A stretch of 64,000 bases of DNA from Protoeuglena noctilucae (lineage: Eukaryota): NCBI GenBank assembly GCA_958009085.1, contig OY253687.1, positions 434,001 to 498,000 on the forward strand. Direction: 5' to 3'. How positions within the stretch are numbered: position 1 is the first letter of the stretch; each line of letters starts with the position of its first letter. A program made the position numbers and the translations under genes. Below the pieces are notes generated by a model. The model saw only the letters and a program-made list of their open reading frames with translations. It ran no database searches and was not told the origin of the DNA. Below are positions 43,441-52,116 of this stretch, one piece after another.

Positions 43441-46388
43441 GATGAGCGATTCAACAGTCGAGGGGTGCTATGACTCTCAGAGCCACGCCTTGCGGCAGAA
43501 GTGCCGTCCCCCGGGGCAGCTGACACCCCGGGGTTTCCATCGTTGCAGTGCATATGGCACGTGGCCCGCCCCCGCTAGGTCGCCCCACCCTAAGGCAAAG
43601 GGGTCGCCCACCCCGGGTTCTTGCACCCCTAGCCCCCTCGCTGCGCCCGAAGGCAGAATCGCCGTCCCAGAGTGGGACGATGCAGCCGCGGGGGCCCTCC
43701 GTGGAGACCCCCGGGCGTCTATTACAAAAGGTGAGGCCGAGGCTAATGACGATCTGTGAAGCTTATGTGCGGCCAATCATGACATCCCCCGCTCCCTACC
43801 CTCCTCCCCTCCTCCTCAGGCGGCCCGGCTGCTCGCCCACCCGGCCATGCTGCCCCGGACGCGAGGGCGGTGGGGGCGGTCCGAACGCAGACGGCGTTCC
43901 TTGGGGGGCGCAGCGTTGCCCCTGGGCGCCCCGCTCGCCCACGCTGCGCCCCTGAGGGCCGGCTGCCTCTCATGTGGACCGCCCCAGACCGCCCCACTCC
44001 GGGTGCGTGCGCCGGCACAACCCACTCGGCCGTGTGCCCAGAGACCCACGACGCGACCCCGCTCCTCGCTCCCGCACGTCGACCTTGGCCCTTGGCCCGT
44101 CCTCTCCCGCGCCCGTCGGCCTTGGCCCGTCCCTCAACTCCTCGCCCCCACACGCCCAGATGATTTTGGCCTGTCACGCTAACGACCTTGGCCTATCACG
44201 CTGACGACCTTGGCCCATCACGCTAACGACCTTGGCCAAATGCGCTGACGACCTTCAACCGACGCTGTGGCGACCCTGGCCCTTTAACGCTGACGACCTT
44301 GGCCCACCTCCCGCTCCGCGCACCCGCGCGCCCTGATAACCGTGGCCTGCCTCGCGCCCCCGTCGCCCCCCAAAACACCCGGCACCCCTGTGTCGCCCAG
44401 CCCATGCCCACCCACACCATTCGATGCCCCTTGTGTTACTCTCGCCGCCGCCGCTGGCTCTTGCCGCGCTGCCATCGCGCCCGCCCCCAAAAGCCCGCTG
44501 CCCTGCTGTGTGTCGTGCGAGGGGTCGCCCCCGCCAGCGCCACCATGCCGGGCGCCAGCACCCCACGCCGTCCGTTGCTCTCCTGCAGGGCCTCCTCAGC
44601 AGACTCCCAAAGACAGGCCCTCCGGCCCCGCTTGCGCTCCCACTCTCCCCGCCTCGTCGCAGCCACGCCGCTCTCTGATCCTGTGGCGCCTGGTCCGTTC
44701 TGCGCCACTGCCGGGTGTTCCCACGATATCCCCGGCGTTCCGCCCCACGGGCGCCACGTCTCTCGCCACTGTCTGAGTCTCTCGGCCCGTTACTGCCAGC
44801 TCTGCCCCGACGTTTGTCCCTCGTCGCACCCTTTGCCAGCTCCCCCCAGCGGGGCTGGTCTCTCACGTTGGCTGGAGCACAGGCGACGCGCTGACGACCC
44901 CCACGCGGACCCACCCGACCAGCGCCAGAGCCCCTGAAGGACCACGGGCGGGGAGGCCACGCGGCACGCGCAGCACCGTGGGTGTGCTGGGCGCGCCACG
45001 ACGGCGACGGAGCAGACGCCCCCCGGGTGAGCGCTGGCGGCTGTGGGACACCAAGGGCCTGCGATGCATGGCTGCAAAGGGCTAGGGTGAGGCAAGGGTG
45101 CGTGTGCGCGTCCGTCCAGGTCTGCGGTCAGGGAGAGGAGCCGGTGTGCGTGACGGAGGATGAGTGCTGTCGGGAATCCAGACCTGCGGCTGGCAAAGAG
45201 GGTGGTCGTGGCGGGATGTGAGGAGGGCTGTCCGTGATTGGGGGAGGTCGGGAGGTGCGGATGCTGTGCTGGATCAGTATGTGGTGCTTGGTGTGTGGGG
45301 AGTGATGCGCTGAGGGAGGCGTGTGCTCACCTGGGCACTAGCTGTGAGGAGAGGGTGCTGAGCCTTACCTGTGCAGCCAGGGGGGGAGTGCGTGGGGCAG
45401 GAGGGCTTGCGAAAAGGGCGGGTCTGGTTGGGCGTGTGAGGTGAGGTGTGTGGGGGGGCGTGGTCCGTGAGAAGGGTGTGGCGTGGGGCTGGCAGGAGGA
45501 GGGGTGGGAGATGATGCGTGCTGAGCAGGAAGGTGGTTTATGTGGGGGTCCATGTGGAAGAGGAGAGGGGGTTGAGAGGTGAACGTGTGTATGTCAGTGG
45601 TGATGCGCGGTGAGTGGGCAAGAATGGTGCTGAGCGGCGAGATCGTGAGATGAGTGACGAGGGTGCGTGCAGAGAGTTAGACGGCGTGTGTGGTCTGGTT
45701 GGAAGAGGCATCTACCTGTTAGCTGCGGGCATGGACGGGGAGGCGTGGCATGCGGGTGAGTGCTGCTGGGGCAGGGTGCGTGTGCAGTGGGATGTGGGGG
45801 GTGGAAAGTGTGTGTCATAGGAAGGCAGTGGGCTGGCTTAGGGACCTGGTGGGAGCAATGCGGTCGGGTGGATGTGGGAGTAATGCGGATTGGGGTGGGG
45901 TGGCATGGCCGGCTGCGGGGCAGGTGAGGAGAAGGCGTGTGGGTAAAGCTGTCGAGTGTGCGTCCGAGAACCTGCGAGGCATGCGAAAGATGGAGCGTGG
46001 GTGCGCAGAAGCCCTTGGTGTGCCGAGCGCCGGCACCCTCCCCGTGAGGCGCCCGCCCTTGCCGCCACAGCGCGCCCCACGCCCCTGCGGCTGCGCGCGC
46101 ATCGCGTGGACCCCCCGCCCGCGGCCCCTCTCAGGCTCCGGCTCCGGCCAGGCAGCCCAGGGGGTCGCCGGTGGCGCCGCCGTGCGGTACTCCAGCCCAT
46201 GTCATCCTGGGTGCAGGGGAGCTTGTTTTGGCCGGCAGACGGACTCTTCCGTAGATGCTCAGTGTGGCCGTGGGCGCCCCAGTTGGCCGGGGCGCCGACG
46301 CCGGAACGAGCAGCCCGAAGGCCACCCGTCCGGCGCCGGCGCCCCGGCCCGAATGTCGTGGGGTGATGGCGTGCTGCGAATGAAGAGG
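43441..46388. repeat. Copy 1 of a ~2.3-2.9 kb repeat; probable long 3' region of the adjacent LINE
   Basis: Colinear with 55252-57583 from GATGAGCGATTCAACAG to GCGAATGA; homology ends ~6 bp from the LINE stop codon. Confidence 0.9.
44176..44305. repeat. ~22-bp tandem repeat, about 6 copies (consensus ACGCTGACGACCTTGGCCCATC)
   Basis: Units at ~44176, 44198, 44220, 44242, 44262 and 44287. Confidence 0.85.
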
Positions 46389-46393
46389 CCCCC

Positions 46394-49300
46394 TCAGGGG
46401 AGTAGCGGCTCGACGGCTGCCCATGTGGGCGCAGTGTAGGTGAAGGTGGACCTCGCCGGGTCCCTTGGGTGTAAGAGGGCGTCGTCAGGGTGCGTGCAGC
46501 GCGCGAGGGCCCGCCCGCCCCGGTACGCCGCCAGAGCGACGAGCTCCTCGGCCATGATGCGCGTCATCTGCGCGAACAGCTGTGCCGGGGACGCGTCCGC
46601 CCCCGCGTCCTTCGTCAGCTGCTGCCGCCTGCGCCAGATGACCTGCACGGTCGCCCCCGCCACGACCGCCCACGTGAGCGGCCCCAACCGCGCGCCCTCC
46701 GGCACGCGCAGCAGAAAGAGGGCCGACGGGCGGAGGGGCGCCCCCTGCGCCCCCCCCGCCCACGCCACGATGCCCCTCGCCACGCGCCACACCTCCCGCG
46801 CGCGCGAGCACTCCCAGAACGCGTGGGCCGCGCTGTCCTTTCCCATGCACGCCTCCCCCTCCTCCGTCAGCAGCGGGCACTCGTCCCGCTCCGCCCAGTA
46901 AATCCTGTCCTGCGTAGCCCACCCGTCCGCCAGCGTCAGCCACAGCCGCTCGTGCAGGGCGTCCGACAGCGGCAGTCCGTTGAGCGCCACCAGCGTGCGC
47001 CTCAATCCCTCTCCCGTTAAGCCGTGTCCCTCCCCTAGCGCCGCCGCCCAGCCCTCCGCCTTGCGCTCCAGCCGCTGCCGGATCGCCGCCCTGTCACACG
47101 TCGTCCTCGCCGCCTCCCGCACCGTGTAGGAGGCCAGGTCCAGCGCCGCCTTGGAGGCGACGCCGGGGTCCAGTGCCCAGCCCGGCGCGGTGGCCGTCAT
47201 GGGCCGGTAGAAGTCGTTGGCCTCCCCGCCGCCCGGGGAGGCAAGTCGCAGGCGCTCCATGAAGCCCTCCGTGAGCGCCAGCCCGTCCCACGGGTCCCAT
47301 TGCCCCTCCACGTCTGGCCGGGCATACTCGTTGCCCGGCCCAAGGAGGCCCAAGTCCAGCATAAAAGCCCCAACCACCCAGCCGAGGCCCCTCCGATCCA
47401 CCCCCGGCAGCCGATCATAGCCCAGCGCGAACGCCCAGGAGACCCACGTGTCCCATCGCCGCGCCGGGTCCCGCATGCAGAGATAATGCCCCACAGTTCC
47501 GAAACCCCGTAACGCCATCGCCCTCCCCACCGGGTGCAGGAGGAGGGGCCGGCCGCCCCCCGCCGGCCACCCAGCACCCCCCTCGTCGATCCCATCATCC
47601 GTATTGTCGTCGCCCGGCGCGCCGTCGTGCACCCACGCCCCACCAGCCCTCCCATGGACGCCCGTCGCGAAGCTGTGGAGCGATGAGGCCGAATCGTCTT
47701 GGTCCTGTCCCATGTCGTTGTGGAGGGGGCCAGCCGCCCCCTCCATCGCCGGCGCCCCCAGGGCTGCCACCCCCGCGCCCGGGCCGCCCCCGCCGGCGGT
47801 ACAGAGGACCCCCGGGGTGAGAAGCGACGCGCAGAGTAGATCCCCCTTTGTAGTCCCAGTGACGGGGGTGAAGAAGTCCGTAGAAGAGGCGAAACGCGAG
47901 CCGTCCGTGCCCGCCAGGCCCCCGCCGCCCACGCGCGCCCCCCGCCAGCCATGCCCGTCCATGGCCACGTTGGACAGGCGGTCCGCCAGGGCGTTCTGCT
48001 CCCGTGGCACGTGCTCCCAAGTGATGTCGAGGCCCGCCGCGAGCCTCTGCGCCTCGGTCCACAACGGCACCAGCGCCGGGTGCCGCAGCGCCGAGCAGTC
48101 CCGCGGATCCATGGCGCGGATGACGAGGAGGGAATCCCCCCGGACGCGGAGCTTGGTGGCGCCGAGCTCGACTGCCGCGCGTAGCCCTCCCAAAAGCGCG
48201 GCGAACTCGGCCTGGTTGTTGGAGGCCCCGCGCACGGCGGGGCCCGCGAGCTCCAGCGTCTCCACCCCCTCGCCTTCCCCGGCCGCCAGCACCGCCCCCG
48301 CGCCAGCCGTGGACGTGTCGGAACCGTTGCCCCGCGAGCCCCCGTCGAAGTTGAGCGTCAGCCGGCCCTCCGCCGCCAGGTTGGTCCAGCGCTGCTGGGC
48401 GACCTCGTCCGTCGTGGGTGCCAGAGGTGGCGGCGCGTGCACGGGCCCGAGGGTCGCGCGCAGGGACCCGAGGCCCTTGATGGCGTCGCAGAAGCTCTCG
48501 AGCGCCGGTAGCTTGCCCCGCAGGCGGCGGGACTCGATCAACTGCGCCACGTGGCAACCGTCCGTCTCGGGCAGTGAGAAGGGCAGCAGGCCCAGCCGGC
48601 CTGCCCCGAGCCCCTCCAGGCACGCCGTGAGGATGCCAGCGAGACCGCCCAACTGGCCGTGAGCGCCCACGCGCTTCGTGATGAGGGCGCGCGCCAGGTG
48701 CCGGAGCCGCCGCGCCGCCGTGTGCGCGTCCAGCGGGAGGGCGCCCAGCCCCCCCTCCTCCGGCGGGGCGGTCAGCATGATGCGGCCCACACGGAACCAC
48801 ACCTGCCCCGCCGATCGTGCGTTGAGGACATAGCGCTCCTGGACCCTCCGCAGGTCAGCGACGCACGAGTGGTCGGCGGCGGGGGACATCTCCAGGTGGT
48901 ACCCCGCGAGCGAGGTGATGTAGGCGTTGGCGACGCGCGCCCGACCCCGGATCGGCAGCCCCAGCGATGACGCCGCGTCCGCGCGGCGCAGGGCCTCCCC
49001 CAGCCGCCCGGGCCACACCAGCGCCGCCTGCTCTCTCGTCTGCGCCCCCAGCAGCCGCACGCCCCCCGGCTCCACCCCCCACGGGCAGCCCTGCGCGGCG
49101 GCCTTGGCCTCCTGCCGCTTGTTGATGCGTCCCAGTCGGTAGAGCTTCGTCTTGGTCTGGCTCGCCTTCAGCCCGGACACACGGTGGAAGTCCCGCAGCA
49201 CCTCGGCCAGCTCCCGCCACGGGTCGAGTTGGTTCCTGTCGCGCCCCACGAGCCGTTGGAGCAGCACGTTGAAGTCGTCGGCGAAGGCCAGCAGCGTCTC

Positions 49301-51529
49301 GGCCCTGCCGCCCGTCGTCCGGATGCCGAGCACGCGGTCGCACCGCGGGCCGCCCGGCAGCTGCACCGGCTCCTGGCCCCACGCCCGCAGCCTCTCTGCG
49401 AGGGGCTCCACCGCCAGCACGAAGATGAGCGGGCTCAGGGGGCATCCCTGCTTGACGCCCCGGTTGAGCGGGAACGGCTCCCCCGCCGCCCCGTTGAGGA
49501 CCAGGCTCGCCCGGCTGTCGCTCTGCAGCGCCACCGCCGCCTTGACAAAACGCGGCGGGAGCCCTCCCCACGCCATCGCGTCCGCAGCCCACCCCCGGAA
49601 GGCCGTGTCGTACGCCTGTTCGAAGTCCACCAGCACCGCCCACGCCGACTGCCGCCGGATGCGCATGAGCTCGTCGAGCAGATGCAGCGAGTAGATGGCC
49701 GTCCCAATGTCACGCCCGGGGACGAAACCCAACTGGTCCTCGTGCACGAGCTGCGGCAGCACCCGCAGCAGCCGCGCCGTCAGCACCTTGGCCGAAGACT
49801 TGTAGAGGACGGACAGTAGGGAGATGGGGCGGTACCGCCGCCAGTCCGTCCGCGAGCCGCCCTTGTGGATGAGCGTGATGGCGGCGTCCGCGAGGCGGCC
49901 GTCGTGCCCCTCGCCGCGGAGGAGCTTGTTGACGAAGTAGGCGACCACCCGCTCGACACCCGCCTCGGTCCCGGTGCCCTGGCACGCCTTGAGCAGCGCC
50001 GGGGAGATGCCGTCCGCGCCACCGCAGCTGTCGCCCCGTAGACCCTGTATCGCCTCCGCCGCCTCCGCCCGTGTCACGTCTGCCTCGAGAGCGGCCCTCG
50101 CCTCCTCCGACAGCGGCGACCGCGGGTTGCGCAGGAAGTTAGCGCGTGCCCTCTCATGTTGGCCGTCCGCGGAGGCAGGGGGCGCGGCAGGGGCGTAGAG
50201 CTGGGCCATGTTGGTCTGCAGGTCCCGCGCGAGGTCGTCCGTGACGCCCTCGACCCGCCGCCGCCACTTGAAATGGGCCGTGATCCGCCGACTCGGCACG
50301 GCCCCGAAGACCCGCAGAAAGTGCTTCGCCCGCTCGCTCTGCCACTGGACCTCCTGCTGCTCCAGCACCGTCAGCTGGCGCTGCAGGTCCAGCATCCGGT
50401 CCCAGTCCTCCGTCGCGTTCGTCCGCTGCGCCCTCCTCTCTGCCCGTCCCAGTTGCTTCTCCAGACGCCTCCGCTCCCCGTCCCGCCGCCGCCGCACCAC
50501 CAGGTTGATCGCCTCCGCGCGGTGCCGGATGACCTTGGCCACTCGCACCGACGTGCACCCCGGCCCGTCCGCCGGTAAGTCCCTCCACACACCCCGCCGG
50601 AATCGCTCGGCCTCATGGCTCCCCGGCGCCCAGAGCGGCCGGACCTGCCGCAGCGGGTTGCGCCCCGCGGCCCTGTCTGCCCGCCGCCGTAGCGTCAGGA
50701 CGAGCGCCTTGTGGTCCAGCCCGGGCACGAAGCGCGCCGCCAGCGTCGCCGGGTACCGGACCAGCAGGGCCGGGCGCGCCAGGCAGCGGTCAATGCGCGC
50801 CGCCGGCGTCGCTGCCCCCTCCGCTCGCGCCCCGAACCACGTGTAGGTGTCCCGGCGCAGCCCCAGCTGCACGTGCACGTCCGCCAGCCCCTGCGGCCCC
50901 GTCACGTTCTCCGTCCAGTGGATGACCTTGGCCAGGTCGTCGTGGTAGCGCCGGGACGCCCGCTCGAGCGGGTGACCCGACGTGCAGTTGAAGTCCCCAA
51001 CGACGATCGTCTCCCTGTGCGCCTGGCGAGGCGGCATCAGATGCCGCAGCCGCGCAGTGAAGTCCCTGTGCGCTGCCGCCCCCCCGGACGCCGGCGCGTA
51101 GACCCCCACCACCGTGAAGCGCCGGTCGGCCCATGCGAGGTCGACTGCGCACGCCCGCCCCGCCAGCCCTTCCACGTCCGCCCCGCGCCGCGTCGGCGCG
51201 CCCGCCACCGACTCCCGATGTACCAGCACCCCCACGCCCCCCGGGCCGCCGTTCTCGTCCAGCGACCAGTGGCAGAAGTATTGGGGGAAGAATCCCGACG
51301 CCACCGCCTCCTGCCCCGCCCGCATCTTGACCTCCTGTAGAACCACCACGTCCGCCCGCAGCCTCCGCACCAGCCGCCGCACCGTCGCCCGCTTGCCCGC
51401 CATGGCCCCGCTCGACAGCCCCCGCACGTTGACGCTGACGACCCGCAGGTCGTCGGGCGCGAGGTCCCGCGCCGCGCTCCGCCTTCCCCGTCGCCGTGGC
51501 CCGCGCGCCGGCACCGCGGCCGGCGCCAT
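46394..51529 (-). CDS. LINE ORF2 polyprotein: APE endonuclease, reverse transcriptase, RNase HI, CCHC-like zinc motif (~1711 aa from the first ATG)
   Basis: APE: SVNVRGL, LQEVK, GDFN, RIDR, DHKAL; RT: YRPISLL, DFEQAYD, GVKQGCPLSP, FADD; RNase H: FDGGSRGN, NNQAE, GDS, HVPREQNALAD; C-terminal ECP...C...HAFWEC; frame open up to 51820. Confidence 0.96.
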   Translation of the reverse strand: MAPAAVPARGPRRRGRRSAARDLAPDDLRVVSVNVRGLSSGAMAGKRATVRRLVRRLRADVVVLQEVKMRAGQEAVASGFFPQYFCHWSLDENGGPGGVGVLVHRESVAGAPTRRGADVEGLAGRACAVDLAWADRRFTVVGVYAPASGGAAAHRDFTARLRHLMPPRQAHRETIVVGDFNCTSGHPLERASRRYHDDLAKVIHWTENVTGPQGLADVHVQLGLRRDTYTWFGARAEGAATPAARIDRCLARPALLVRYPATLAARFVPGLDHKALVLTLRRRADRAAGRNPLRQVRPLWAPGSHEAERFRRGVWRDLPADGPGCTSVRVAKVIRHRAEAINLVVRRRRDGERRRLEKQLGRAERRAQRTNATEDWDRMLDLQRQLTVLEQQEVQWQSERAKHFLRVFGAVPSRRITAHFKWRRRVEGVTDDLARDLQTNMAQLYAPAAPPASADGQHERARANFLRNPRSPLSEEARAALEADVTRAEAAEAIQGLRGDSCGGADGISPALLKACQGTGTEAGVERVVAYFVNKLLRGEGHDGRLADAAITLIHKGGSRTDWRRYRPISLLSVLYKSSAKVLTARLLRVLPQLVHEDQLGFVPGRDIGTAIYSLHLLDELMRIRRQSAWAVLVDFEQAYDTAFRGWAADAMAWGGLPPRFVKAAVALQSDSRASLVLNGAAGEPFPLNRGVKQGCPLSPLIFVLAVEPLAERLRAWGQEPVQLPGGPRCDRVLGIRTTGGRAETLLAFADDFNVLLQRLVGRDRNQLDPWRELAEVLRDFHRVSGLKASQTKTKLYRLGRINKRQEAKAAAQGCPWGVEPGGVRLLGAQTREQAALVWPGRLGEALRRADAASSLGLPIRGRARVANAYITSLAGYHLEMSPAADHSCVADLRRVQERYVLNARSAGQVWFRVGRIMLTAPPEEGGLGALPLDAHTAARRLRHLARALITKRVGAHGQLGGLAGILTACLEGLGAGRLGLLPFSLPETDGCHVAQLIESRRLRGKLPALESFCDAIKGLGSLRATLGPVHAPPPLAPTTDEVAQQRWTNLAAEGRLTLNFDGGSRGNGSDTSTAGAGAVLAAGEGEGVETLELAGPAVRGASNNQAEFAALLGGLRAAVELGATKLRVRGDSLLVIRAMDPRDCSALRHPALVPLWTEAQRLAAGLDITWEHVPREQNALADRLSNVAMDGHGWRGARVGGGGLAGTDGSRFASSTDFFTPVTGTTKGDLLCASLLTPGVLCTAGGGGPGAGVAALGAPAMEGAAGPLHNDMGQDQDDSASSLHSFATGVHGRAGGAWVHDGAPGDDNTDDGIDEGGAGWPAGGGRPLLLHPVGRAMALRGFGTVGHYLCMRDPARRWDTWVSWAFALGYDRLPGVDRRGLGWVVGAFMLDLGLLGPGNEYARPDVEGQWDPWDGLALTEGFMERLRLASPGGGEANDFYRPMTATAPGWALDPGVASKAALDLASYTVREAARTTCDRAAIRQRLERKAEGWAAALGEGHGLTGEGLRRTLVALNGLPLSDALHERLWLTLADGWATQDRIYWAERDECPLLTEEGEACMGKDSAAHAFWECSRAREVWRVARGIVAWAGGAQGAPLRPSALFLLRVPEGARLGPLTWAVVAGATVQVIWRRRQQLTKDAGADASPAQLFAQMTRIMAEELVALAAYRGGRALARCTHPDDALLHPRDPARSTFTYTAPTWAAVEPLLP

Positions 51530-51893
51530 CCGCGGCGGCGGCGGCGGCGGGGGCAGATTCCCCAACGGCGGCAGCGGGATGGGTGGGAGCGCGCCGATAC
51601 GCGCTCCCGGCGCCTCTCCAACCTCCGACCCTTGCGCTCCCGAGCTTCGAACGCCTCCAGACCGACTCTCCCCGCTCCCCCGGCCTCGCAGACCGCTCCC
51701 GCCCCCCCTTCTCCTCGCGCAGCCATGCTGCCCCAGCGCGCCCCCGCGCCGCGCACCCGCGCCCGCTCCGCCTCCTCCGCCCCCCGTAGACCCCCCGTAG
51801 ACCGCCCCGCTCCCACGCAATGGTCGATGCTGGCGCTTCTTTACCCTCTAAAAAAGTTATTTCCGGAGTCACAGGTTGCAAAACGTCGTCCAG

Positions 51894-51898
51894 AAAAA
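51894..51898 (-). terminator. Pol III terminator (T5) of tRNA-Ala
   Basis: TTTTT starting 2 nt after the discriminator base; further T-runs at 51880-51883 and 51850-51855. Confidence 0.8.
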
Positions 51899-51899
51899 G

Positions 51900-51971
51900 T
51901 GGAGATGCTGGGATTCGAACCCAGGGCCTTCCGCATGCAAAGCGGACGCATTACCATTTTGCTACACCCCC
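51900..51971 (-). tRNA. tRNA-Ala(UGC)
   Basis: GGGGGTG-TA-GCAAAATGGTAATGC-G-TCCGC-TTTGCAT-GCGGA-AGGCC-CTGGG-TTCGAAT-CCCAG-CATCTCC-A; cloverleaf, anticodon TGC, G3:U70 Ala identity pair. Confidence 0.95.
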
Positions 51972-52067
51972 ATCGGACCCGAACCCGCGACGTCTCGGAC
52001 GCCCGCCCCTGCCGCTGGCAGCAGGGGGCGGGCGCCCCGCCGTGCCTCACCCTGCTCAACCGCGGGG

Positions 52068-52075
52068 TATAAGAG
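52068..52075 (+). promoter_or_regulatory. TATA-like box of the YbaK-exonuclease gene
   Basis: TATAAGAG in GC-rich context ~49 bp upstream of the ATG; duplicated at 57883. Confidence 0.45.
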
Positions 52076-52116
52076 AGGCCCGGGGGTCTCTGCCAGCGTC
52101 TGGCGCTTCGTCACCG

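Larger units (their letters stand above)
43441..51890 (-). mobile_element. L1/Tx1-like non-LTR retrotransposon (ends approximate)
   Basis: Intronless intact APE-RT-RNase H-CCHC ORF followed by a 2.9 kb region that is repeated elsewhere; no poly(A) tail seen. Confidence 0.75.

Noticed and set aside
44176..44305. CRISPR-like array
   Set aside because: Units are directly adjacent with no unique spacers, there are no cas genes, and the context is eukaryotic
51850..51971. tRNA acting as a Pol III promoter for the retroelement ORF
   Set aside because: Three T-runs (T5, T4, T6) lie between the tRNA and the ORF and should terminate Pol III
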